DNA of 59,997 nt, filler included. It is 4 parts of 4 records of this genome, joined end to end, with 100 filler letters (N's around TTAATTAATTAA, not from the genome) between each part and the next. Parts side by side here need not be neighbours in the genome. Positions count along the whole stretch, not along the records: positions 10,252 to 26,273 come from SRR31156797_20798; positions 26,374 to 38,230 come from SRR31156797_20800; 2 more parts are not named here. The stretch is one strand, 5' to 3'. Within the stretch, counting starts at the first letter, position 1. Each line of letters starts with the position of its first letter. The notes under the pieces are model-generated. The model was not told the DNA's origin and ran no database searches. It saw only the letters and a program-made list of their open reading frames with translations. Below are positions 20,903-29,690 of this stretch, in pieces. The position numbers and the translations under genes were made by a program.

Positions 20903-21028
20903 CGGGAACGTGCCTCCAGTTTCATGTCACACATTTTTGGCATGCGAGTGTATGGCTGCCAACAGAGTTATGAAGAGCGTACACGTCAGGGTTTGAAAGA
21001 AGGGCTCCCTTGGCTGCGCCGGGATTAA
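20903..21028 (+). pseudogene. C-terminal remnant of a TetR paralog
   Basis: RERASSFMSHIFGMRVYGCQQSYEERTRQGLKEGLPWLRRD* aligns with the end of the TetR at 23205-23777. Confidence 0.8.
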
Positions 21029-21429
21029 GGCGTAGTGAACTCAGCCTTAACCAGGAAGCAGCTGAGGCATTCACCTTGACCAGACTTGAACAAACACTCA
21101 AATAAATATTGACAAAAACTTGCCCCTAGTTTACTTGGGTCATTCATTCAAGCAAAATAACTGACAAAGGCATTTCCCCTCTTCAACTTGAGCAAAAGCA
21201 GGAACTTGAAAATGCATGTCAAAGTTGATGAACAGAACAAAAACACTTCTACAAAGGAAAAGGGATCCGGGGGATGTCATCAACACCCACGCTGGTGCGG
21301 AACACTGGGTAAAAAAGGTGAGAGATGAGCCGCTGGTTCTGCAGGCGTCCCTCATCAAAACCAACTAAAAAAAACTACTAAGGAAGCTGGACCATATATT
21401 AACGTTGACATCAATACCTGGAGGAACAG

Positions 21430-21924
21430 ATGCTGCCAGAAGAAATGAGGGAAAAAGCGATAGGATTATTTTTAAAACGACTGCATTGCAGTCAGGTTAT
21501 CGCCTCAGTTGGATTGGAAAAAATGTCCATTGATGACCCCTCGGTCATTAAGGCACTGGGATCTTTTGGAGGAGGTATCGGTGGTACCGGCAACATTTGC
21601 GGAGCCTTGGTGGGAGCCGTCAGTACCATTGGTACTCTGTACAGTCGAGGTAGTCTGGAAGAAAAAGAGAATCCTCGGATGTGGGCTGCAACAAAGAAGG
21701 TCATGAAAAATTTCGAGGAGCTGACCGCAGTTCACGGCGGCATCAACTGCTGTCAGATAGCCCGAGTCGACTGGATGGACCGAGAGCAGGTGAAAGATTT
21801 TTACGGTAATCCTGAAAGCCGTAGGCAACATTGCATTGCAGTCGTTGGTGATACAGCCAAAGCACTGGGCGAACTGCTGGAGCAGGAAGCGGAGCGAACC
21901 GCCGAAAAAAAAGCCACTAAATAA
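21430..21924 (+). CDS. C-GCAxxG-C-C family putative redox protein
   Basis: HCSQ, FGGGIG..GNICGALVGA, NCCQI, HC; GGAGG RBS. Confidence 0.88.
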   Translation: MLPEEMREKAIGLFLKRLHCSQVIASVGLEKMSIDDPSVIKALGSFGGGIGGTGNICGALVGAVSTIGTLYSRGSLEEKENPRMWAATKKVMKNFEELTAVHGGINCCQIARVDWMDREQVKDFYGNPESRRQHCIAVVGDTAKALGELLEQEAERTAEKKATK

Positions 21925-21998
21925 ATAATTACCACGTGACAGTTCTCCCCGTGCAGGAAACCAAAGCAGTCTTTGATCAAGGCTGCTTTTTTCATAAG

Positions 21999-22136
21999 AG
22001 CATTACCGGCTATTCCTGCCTGTACAAGATCCTCAACTTCTTTGAACAGAACGGAAACAACTCCAGGTGGTCTATTTGCTACAGACTCCTTTTTCATTGC
22101 ACTCAAGTTTCCCTGTAAAGTCATGACAACCTCCAT
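21999..22136 (-). pseudogene. N-terminal fragment of a peroxiredoxin-like (AhpC/TSA) protein
   Basis: MTLQGNLSAMKKESVANRPPGVVSVLFKEVEDLVQAGIAGNAL resembles the helical N-extension of this family; no thioredoxin domain follows. Confidence 0.45.
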
Positions 22137-22170
22137 GGATGTATGCACTTGCCTGCCTTGAGTCAAAAGG

Positions 22171-22515
22171 TCATATGGTAAGCAGCTTCTCATCTTCCTT
22201 TAAGATGTCAGTTAAAGGACCGGCCTGATAAATAAGTTCAATATCCAATCCTTCCAATATCTCACTTACACCAAGTTGGTCAGCACAGGCCTTGCAGGCG
22301 GTAATATGCACGCCTTCGAGCTTGGCTTCCTCAATAAGTTCCTGCACCGCTCTATTTTCACTTACCAGTTTGGCGGTGGCCCCTCAAACAATAATAGAAA
22401 CCTCATCCCATAGATCGGCCTTCTTGGAATGGATCGCATACATAAAAACCATCTTCTCTGCTGTAATATAGTTGTCGTTGGTCCACAGGATGTTCAATTT
22501 ATTTTTCGCTGACAT
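22171..22515 (-). pseudogene. DsrE-family protein interrupted by in-frame TGA (22384-22386)
   Basis: MSAKNKLNILWTND..KMVFMYA..WDEVSIIV*GATAKLV...ACKACADQLGV...LLTI; frame continues cleanly past the TGA. Confidence 0.75.
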
Positions 22516-22580
22516 GTCCCCTACTCCCTTTATTTGGTTTGAATGTTGACCAGGAGCTTCCCCGCTTGTCCTGAGTCCAC

Positions 22581-22799
22581 TCACTTTACAGTTTTCCGGC
22601 CCGTTCTATCCAGCACATCTATGATTACTCGATCTGTGTTGCCGTTTTTTATGGGACTTCCTGATATGCCTATTATCCCCCCCCCCAGAATATCACCCAA
22701 AACAAGATTTACAGCCTCTTCGGGGTACTTAGAAACATTTAACGCTTTCATTTCGGCAAGTTGCTCTTTAAGCGACACTCTATGCTCCTTATTGCTCAA
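22581..22799 (-). pseudogene. Second short fragment resembling a peroxiredoxin-like N-terminus
   Basis: VSLKEQLAEMKALNVSKYPEEAV after TAAGGAG RBS; remainder diverges. Confidence 0.3.
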
Positions 22800-22844
22800 T
22801 CGAAATACTCTTTTTCACTTTACCTAATTGAAAACCTCTAAAAG

Positions 22845-23143
22845 TTGAATAGACATTCAAAATAGCTCTAGCGAAATCCCCCGTCAACAACTTTCTTGAT
22901 CGATCATTCAAAATGAGATTTTTCCCCATACTATGCACCTTATGTAGTACTCAAGAAACAAAGCAAATGAAGGTAAGCCGGCAAACGACTTAATCATACC
23001 TGACACAAACAAAAAACACCTAAACATTTGATATAAAACAAATAAAGAAAAAGGGATTACTACCAATGACTAAGCCGGACTGGATAGCTAACCCAATCAC
23101 CGCTAGTTACCCATTGAAGGCATTTATTTGAGTGATTACTCAA
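22845..23143. promoter_or_regulatory. Three TetR-type operators TTGART-N4-AYTCAA
   Basis: TTGAATAGACATTCAA (22845), TTGATCGATCATTCAA (22896), TTGAGTGATTACTCAA (23128) in the divergent intergenic region. Confidence 0.65.
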
Positions 23144-23204
23144 TAATATATGGTATAGTTCTTCTGAGTTCGGAATCTCAACATAAGGCACAGAGGTAAA
23201 AATA

Positions 23205-23777
23205 ATGGCAAGGGCGCAGTTTGAGAGAAACGAGGTTATCGACAAATCCATTCAACTTTTCTGGCAAAAAGGCTTCAACGCTTCCTCAATGGAACAGGTT
23301 GTAAAGGCAACCGGCCTCAAACCTGGATCAATCTATTATTCCTTTGGTAATAAGGAAGCCTTGTTCCAAGAATCGCTTGAGAGCTACGCCAGGAAGCGTA
23401 CTGCCCATATGCACAAGGTCTTGGATTCTGCCCCAAGTGTCGGGGAAGGGATATGTACTATCCTTGAAGGGGTTATAGAAGAATCAACCAACGAAGATTA
23501 TTGCAGTTGCTTTCTCATAAAGACGCGGCTTGAATTGGCAGCTGAAGATAATGACCTGTATAATTACGCCTCAGCAAAGCTAGATGAAATAGAAGCACTT
23601 ATTGAGAGCTACCTGAAAAAGGAGTTCAGTCCAAAAGTGAGTAAAAGACGTGCTACCAACGTCATGTTACACATTTTTGGGGTAAGAGTTTATGGCTATC
23701 GCCAAGGGTCTGCAGACCGCATGCGCCAAGGTTTGAGAGAAGGGTTACCCTGGCTTCCCTGGAAAAAAGAGGCTTGA
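23205..23777 (+). CDS. TetR/AcrR family transcriptional regulator
   Basis: LFWQKGFNASSM..VVKATGLKPGSIYYSFGNKEALF HTH. Confidence 0.93.
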   Translation: MARAQFERNEVIDKSIQLFWQKGFNASSMEQVVKATGLKPGSIYYSFGNKEALFQESLESYARKRTAHMHKVLDSAPSVGEGICTILEGVIEESTNEDYCSCFLIKTRLELAAEDNDLYNYASAKLDEIEALIESYLKKEFSPKVSKRRATNVMLHIFGVRVYGYRQGSADRMRQGLREGLPWLPWKKEA

Positions 23778-24070
23778 TTTTTTGGTAAGGGGGACTCCCC
23801 CCACCAACCTCTTTCCTTGAGTATAAGCAACAGTGGCTGAGTAACAGAATTAGCAAGAACAGCAGAAAGACACAGGGAAACTTCGCCTATACAGCGTGTG
23901 GCGACAACGATCAGTTCATTTTTTTACTAACAGAACTCTCCAGTTAAATCAGAGAATGAAAGGCTGAGACCAAGCCTGTCTGCTATTGAAGCTTCACCAG
24001 GACACCTCCCCTCCTCCTTTTGATCATATTTTATGCATTGGTTACTCATGGAATAATATTCCGGCCCTCC

Positions 24071-24703
24071 TCAGTTTGTTAACGCGAACTGACACTGCTG
24101 CGTCTTTTTGAGAACCTGTACCAACGCATCAGTATCTTGAGTACAGGTGTCGTTGATTGTTACTGCCTCTATCTGTTCCAATAGCCATGGCCTGGTCTGG
24201 AAATAAGTCATAATTGTCTTAGCGCTTATCCTTACACCCTTGCGAAGTATTTCCCCTCCCCGGGCTCTGGCAATATAGTTAAACAATTTGAGACTAATGG
24301 TTATTTTTTCCCCAGTCGTTTTCCCCTCTCCATTCCCAGGGGTGGCGGCTTCAGAGGAGGAGTGGATGCTGCCCTTTCTGAACATAGCCCCCATAACACC
24401 GAGACCCGGTACTACAGCAGAAAGTGCAATTACAGCACCAGGTTCCGTCAAGGGAGTGAAAACGTCCTCCACCGGTTCACCATTAATCAGAATTGTCTGC
24501 ACTTCCTTTTCAATGTATTCGGCTGTAAACCCAGGGATATTTTCAAGGAATGTGAGTAATGGCACCCCGCTTTTGGTTTCGACCTCGAAACTTGATTGGA
24601 GAATGGCTGCAAACTTTTCTATCACATCGTGGCTAAGTTGCAGGGTAATGACAGGGATATCCGCACTTGTTGGCATATTTTTGCGAGTCGTTGTTGTTTT
24701 CAT
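24071..24703 (-). CDS. Conserved hypothetical protein (possible ubiquitin/MoaD-like segment)
   Basis: YIEKEVQTILING.PVED...VIALSAVVPGL.GAMFRKGS; AGGAAAG upstream. Confidence 0.6.
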   Translation of the reverse strand: MKTTTTRKNMPTSADIPVITLQLSHDVIEKFAAILQSSFEVETKSGVPLLTFLENIPGFTAEYIEKEVQTILINGEPVEDVFTPLTEPGAVIALSAVVPGLGVMGAMFRKGSIHSSSEAATPGNGEGKTTGEKITISLKLFNYIARARGGEILRKGVRISAKTIMTYFQTRPWLLEQIEAVTINDTCTQDTDALVQVLKKTQQCQFALTN

Positions 24704-24878
24704 TGTCTCTTTCCTAATAGGGTATAGAAGTGGTCGAAAAACCTGCCACACAACCTTCTGCGACACTTGTCCACGTATTTCCTGTCACTTACCCAGCAAA
24801 ATCGATCAAACACTAGTTTTCTTGAAGTTGCGACAAAGGGGTAGCCATTGGAGCATGTTACCAGCTGTCGACGATTAC

Positions 24879-26033
24879 CTATGCCTGTCTGATGAACAAT
24901 GCCTGCTTCCATTGTACTAAAGCTATTGCTGCCAGGATCAAGAAGGCTATGCCCCACAGCGCTAAGGTGAAAGAACCGGTCCTGTCATAACAAAATGCTG
25001 CAACAAGCGGTGCCACTGCACCGGGAATGTTTGCGGAAAAAAGCCAACCATAGGTAGTGGCAACGCTCTGCGCCCCCCAAATACGAGCTACAGCTCCAGC
25101 ATACAGCACCAGCACGCCACCATAGTTAAATCCTGCAAGGGATGAAAAAATCATCAACCCAGTGGTGGAAGAAAGAATAGAGTCCGCAGCCATCAGCAAC
25201 ACTGCTTGGGCGAAAAGGTTCACCTGGATTACATTTTTTGTCGAAAATCTGTCAAAAAACGCTCCCCATGTAACCCTGCCCACAGCATTCGCTATGGCAA
25301 AAAGGGCAACTGCCGTGACTCCGGCACCACTATTAGCCCCGGTAAAAAGTTCTTTAATGTTTGCATTTACAGCAAACCCTGCCGCAAGACCGGCAGACAT
25401 GGCAAAATAGAGGATGAGGAAGGCATTATTGGTAATGGTTTCTTTAATCGGTGCAGGCTTAGGTTGCACAGCAGTACTTTCTTTAGGGTTCACCATAAAG
25501 AACCCGGCACTGACCGTAAGCAGAAAAAAGGCTATTCCGAAAAATTTGAACATACCAAAGGGAGTTGCTCCCCCGGCAATCAAGGAGCCTGCTATCTTGC
25601 TTACCAGCGCTGCCCCACCGCCGAAACCGGACACTGCAATCCCGGTAACCAACCCCTTTTGTCGAGGAAACCATTTCATACAGGTCGATATCGGTACAAT
25701 ATAGGCTATCCCTGCACCTACTCCTGCTAGTACGCCGTTTCCCATAATCGTTAAGTTAAAGTTGGTCAGGCCGAAAGATCCTAATATCCACCCGGAAGCA
25801 AAAAGTGTTCCGCCGAGCATCGCTGAAAAACGTGGCCCTATTTTATTAAGAATAAGGCCTGAGACGACCATGGTTGCAGGAAATACAAAATAAAATACCG
25901 AAAACGGTACCTGTGCTGCAGCTTGAGAAAGTCCAAGCAGCTCTTTTATATCATGAACATAAACAGACCAGGAATAGGTGGCCCCAAGGCATAATTGCAT
26001 GATCAGAGCTGAAATTATAACAAGATACCGCAT
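24879..26033 (-). CDS. MFS transporter, oxalate:formate antiporter-like
   Basis: LCLGATYSWSV, KWFP..KGLVTGIAVSGFGGG, NAVGR motifs. Confidence 0.85.
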   Translation of the reverse strand: MRYLVIISALIMQLCLGATYSWSVYVHDIKELLGLSQAAAQVPFSVFYFVFPATMVVSGLILNKIGPRFSAMLGGTLFASGWILGSFGLTNFNLTIMGNGVLAGVGAGIAYIVPISTCMKWFPRQKGLVTGIAVSGFGGGAALVSKIAGSLIAGGATPFGMFKFFGIAFFLLTVSAGFFMVNPKESTAVQPKPAPIKETITNNAFLILYFAMSAGLAAGFAVNANIKELFTGANSGAGVTAVALFAIANAVGRVTWGAFFDRFSTKNVIQVNLFAQAVLLMAADSILSSTTGLMIFSSLAGFNYGGVLVLYAGAVARIWGAQSVATTYGWLFSANIPGAVAPLVAAFCYDRTGSFTLALWGIAFLILAAIALVQWKQALFIRQA

Positions 26034-26273
26034 GAGTGACCTCTTATATAATAGTGTTATCCTTTCCTTGCGCTTCATAAATACTTACTGAGTGATCTAC
26101 AGTAAGTAAACGATACGTAGCCAAAGGGACAATCTATAATTGAACCAAACACATCAGTTCTTTTAGCAACCAACAGCAGCTTAAGCCTGCATTTTGTCTT
26201 TCATTTCATTTACAATGGGCCGAGCCCGGCAAGCATCAAGAAAGGGCTCTCCCTCAAAGAAGGGGGATGAAAA

Positions 26274-26373
26274 NNNNNNNNNNNNNNNNNNNNNNNNNNN
26301 NNNNNNNNNNNNNNNNNTTAATTAATTAANNNNNNNNNNNNNNNNNNNNNNNNNNNNNNNNNNNNNNNNNNNN
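26274..26373. other. Artificial contig linker
   Basis: N-run with TTAATTAATTAA. Confidence 0.98.
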
Positions 26374-26374
26374 A

Positions 26375-26719
26375 GGAAGTAACAGTGGAATTTATCTTCG
26401 TGGTCGTCACGAGCTTCAGATCGAGGACTCGAAAGGGAGAGCCGATGCAGTTAGCATTGGGGGAATCTATGGGTTTATAGCCCCGTCTGTAAACGCGGCT
26501 AACCCTCCGGGAGAATGGCAAACGTATGAGATTACACTTGTTGGCCGACATGTAAGTGTTGTGCTTAACGGCATTGAGGTAATTTCAAATCGACCAATTC
26601 CCGGAATTACAGGAGGCTCGCTTGACAGTAATGAAGGAGAGCCCGGACCAATTATGATTCAGGGAGATCATGGGCCGGTTGAATTCAGGAAGTTTGTAAT
26701 TACACCTTCAGTGAACTAA
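26375..26719 (+). CDS. DUF1080 / 3-keto-disaccharide hydrolase-like, C-terminal part
   Basis: Manual translation GSNSGIYLRGRHELQIEDS...GEWQTYEITLVG...GPIMIQGDHGPVEFR; absent from the ORF track. Confidence 0.88.
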   Translation, partial: GSNSGIYLRGRHELQIEDSKGRADAVSIGGIYGFIAPSVNAANPPGEWQTYEITLVGRHVSVVLNGIEVISNRPIPGITGGSLDSNEGEPGPIMIQGDHGPVEFRKFVITPSVN

Positions 26720-26805
26720 TTCGAATCAGAAAGATTTATGCGCAAAAAGTAGAAAAAACAAGATTATATAAATCGGATTACAGCCTCTTACAACCTGGGG
26801 GCTAC

Positions 26806-26842
26806 ATAAAACAAGAGGTCAGAAAAAGGCCTCTTGTTTTAT
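26806..26842. terminator. Bidirectional terminator hairpin
   Basis: ATAAAACAAGAGG / CCTCTTGTTTTAT inverted repeat between convergent genes. Confidence 0.75.
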
Positions 26843-26907
26843 GCCCGTATTTTTAAACGAATCTCCTTTTACCGGAATAACGAAGCATGTATTATTGTTC
26901 ATTGATA

Positions 26908-27933
26908 CTAAATCCGGATCAGGCTAAACAGCTCCAACGAACTTTCCTTTCCTCTTAGCTTTACAGTATCAATTTTTTCTGCTAAAAACTCATTTTCGAG
27001 ATTAAGCTGTTTTAGCAAAGAGCCAGAAACAATTAAATCTCGATTATACACTTTGCATTGTTCCTGAATACGGGCACTTGTATTTAGTACATCCCCATTA
27101 TACACAATTTCCCTTTTTATATCACCAATTTGAGCACTAATTACCTCACCCACATGAACTCCTGCTTTAAATTTGGGTATATCTCCATATTTCTCACGAT
27201 AATATTTTCGGTTACTATACACCTTTTCCTGAATTTTATAGAAAATTTTAAGACAGTTGGATTTTTTAAGTCCTTCTTTTGTTCTCCAACTAAATACTAC
27301 CTCATCTCCAACATATTGGTAAATTTCAGCATTAGTAGAACGCACCGGTTCTGATATCTCATGAAAAAAATCATTCAGCAATGAATAATATCTTACAAGA
27401 CCAAGTTTTTCCGCTATCGTAGTAGATGATTTTAAATCCAAAAACATAAAAATTCTGTGCTCTGATGTAGGTTTTCTATACTTTCCCAATAAGAACTTCC
27501 AAAGGACTCTTTCTCCTAAAAGAAAGTTTACCTGGATATAAAAAGAAAATATTATAAATAGTAGTAAAGCATAGATGTTAAGGATCAACTGTATCTTACC
27601 AAACATTATTCGAAAAAAATCTTCTAATTGCATACCTTGCAATAATCCGGTTACGAGGGCCAGAATTCCGGTTACAAAATTAATGACAAACAGATAAACC
27701 AGTGCTTTAACAAATATGGCAAGCAATAGTGGAAGTTGTAGAAACTTTTTTCTTAATCCTGAAAAAATAAAAAGTTCAATAAACCCAAACACAGCTCCCA
27801 AAGAAACACCAACTAAGAATGCGCTGTGATCCAGACGCTGTTCGTGAAGCAATTGAAAGATGATACCGGCAAGTATTCCAAATATGCTAAACTCACCAAG
27901 AAGTCTTATTTTAAAGGCAAAGGTAGGATTCAT
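26908..27933 (-). CDS. Membrane-anchored class III adenylate/guanylate cyclase
   Basis: About 4 TMs; FMFLDLKSST, YVGDEV, GDVLNTSARIQ, LRGK. Confidence 0.9.
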   Translation of the reverse strand: MNPTFAFKIRLLGEFSIFGILAGIIFQLLHEQRLDHSAFLVGVSLGAVFGFIELFIFSGLRKKFLQLPLLLAIFVKALVYLFVINFVTGILALVTGLLQGMQLEDFFRIMFGKIQLILNIYALLLFIIFSFYIQVNFLLGERVLWKFLLGKYRKPTSEHRIFMFLDLKSSTTIAEKLGLVRYYSLLNDFFHEISEPVRSTNAEIYQYVGDEVVFSWRTKEGLKKSNCLKIFYKIQEKVYSNRKYYREKYGDIPKFKAGVHVGEVISAQIGDIKREIVYNGDVLNTSARIQEQCKVYNRDLIVSGSLLKQLNLENEFLAEKIDTVKLRGKESSLELFSLIRI

Positions 27934-28150
27934 GGTTAATTGGTTTAAATATTACAAGTTGACCATTTTAAAATCATATATTGGCGCAAAGTCCAACTTC
28001 GGCAAATCCCGGTTTTTTGGTTTTATAAGAATGGTATAATGTGTTATAAATTAGAAAAATAGGCTAATAGTTCTTTTGCACAGATAAAAGAATAATGAAA
28101 AAACCAGGACAGGCTTTTAATTTAAGTTCATAAAAGGTTCTGCAACAAAA

Positions 28151-29263
28151 TTATTCAAGATTGTTTCTAACACATCGTATATTAAAACCATAGTTTTTAT
28201 CTTCGATATTCCGTCCCACATCGCTTTTGTAATACATAAAACTTCTTATCCATGAACTCCCTGTTGATACTTCGGTTGCGGTCCAGAAACTAACCGAAAA
28301 CCCGGTATAGCCATAATTACCCCTGTCGGGATAACGGGCTCCGCTTGGTACTACCGAAAATCCAGAAGAATTTGTCGATTCGTTTCCTGCATCCCAGCGT
28401 GGATGTTTTGCCGGATAGGTTGCTATAATTTTCATTTGTGCTCCCTGGTCTGAGCCCCTGACATCGGTGTCTTTACTTGCGGCTTCGCTCATCCCTAATG
28501 TCATTTCCAGTCGTCTCCATTCTTCATCGCTTGCAATATGCCAACCTTCAGGTGCTAATTTCCTGTCGTCGTTTACTGCATACCAGTTGTAAAGAAGACC
28601 ATAAGCATTAATGATGCTGGTATCTGAGTCAAAGCCATCAATTTTCTCGTGAGGATAAAAACCATAAGCACCATAGTTAATCGAACCCCATTCTTCATCA
28701 GAGATGTTGGATTTAATCTTAGTTCCATCGCAATAGCTTGTTACTTTTAAGTTCTCCAGCATCCATTCATCACCACCGTAAATCATGGTTTCATACACAT
28801 TACCATCAATATCAGTTACCGTGCCTCTAATCCCGTCTTCATCAATGGTTGTAAAGGTTAATTGTTTGCTGTAGTAAATGTTGTTTTCGGCTTTAGCATA
28901 AGCCCTAACAATGTATTTTGTTTTTGTTTGAAGCCCATTCAGTTGGTGCATATTTTCTTCTGTAATCACGGATGGGGTATAGGTGCCACTTGCATTCTCT
29001 AAGGTAATGCTGTCGGCAGTATTGCTCCATATAAATCCTAGTGTATTAATCAAATCTGTTTCTTCATCATCAATCTCAATTTGTACAACAACATTTGTCT
29101 GGTTTATTCTTATTAAATCAAATTCCGACATGTCGATTTGGGGTAAATCGCCCTCGCAATCGCAAGGCAGATCTTCACATTCGTTGCTACAGCTTGAAAA
29201 GAAAATAAGTGGCAGTATTATTAATAGGTATATTAAAGGCAAGTTAACGCTTAAGTCTTTCAT
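28151..29263 (-). CDS. Lipoprotein with FN3-like and FISUMP (Fib_succ_major) domains
   Basis: Lipobox FSSC; VRAYA; DIDGNVY..WMLENL, YGLLYNWYA, PEGWH, GFNIRCVR. Confidence 0.85.
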   Translation of the reverse strand: MKDLSVNLPLIYLLIILPLIFFSSCSNECEDLPCDCEGDLPQIDMSEFDLIRINQTNVVVQIEIDDEETDLINTLGFIWSNTADSITLENASGTYTPSVITEENMHQLNGLQTKTKYIVRAYAKAENNIYYSKQLTFTTIDEDGIRGTVTDIDGNVYETMIYGGDEWMLENLKVTSYCDGTKIKSNISDEEWGSINYGAYGFYPHEKIDGFDSDTSIINAYGLLYNWYAVNDDRKLAPEGWHIASDEEWRRLEMTLGMSEAASKDTDVRGSDQGAQMKIIATYPAKHPRWDAGNESTNSSGFSVVPSGARYPDRGNYGYTGFSVSFWTATEVSTGSSWIRSFMYYKSDVGRNIEDKNYGFNIRCVRNNLE

Positions 29264-29690
29264 GCTAAATTTATTAAATCATTTAAAGCTCCGCTAATAT
29301 AGTGAAATCAAAGAATTGTTTCAAAATGGCTTATCAAGTAATGCGTATATAAGTCTGCATTCTCAAATGATAGAAGGAATACGATTGAAAAGATGATTTG
29401 TGTTTTGGAGTTTTGTTGCTTGTGTTATTATAAATGAAGGTGGAATTTTATTATTAGACATACTGATTATTTGAGAATATTTGGTGGTTAAGTATTTTAA
29501 TATTACACAAATATCTAGGCTTAAAAAGAAAAAATCATTACTGAATCCAAATGGTTTTGTAGTAAGAAAATTATTTTATTTTTGTTAGATTATGTAAATG
29601 AATCTCTATAACTCATATTAAGAATGATATTGGGCTTATAGCAAGCTTTAGTGTTATAGGCGAAATTGATATCCCTGAAAATATCTATCT

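Noticed and set aside
21150-21370. Riboswitch or small ORF upstream of the C-GCAxxG-C-C gene
   Set aside because: No recognisable aptamer; the 50-codon ORF lacks an RBS and family motifs
24288-25730. Long plus-strand ORFs (210 aa, 174 aa) and similar antisense ORFs throughout the window
   Set aside because: Shadow frames of well-supported opposite-strand genes, with no motifs
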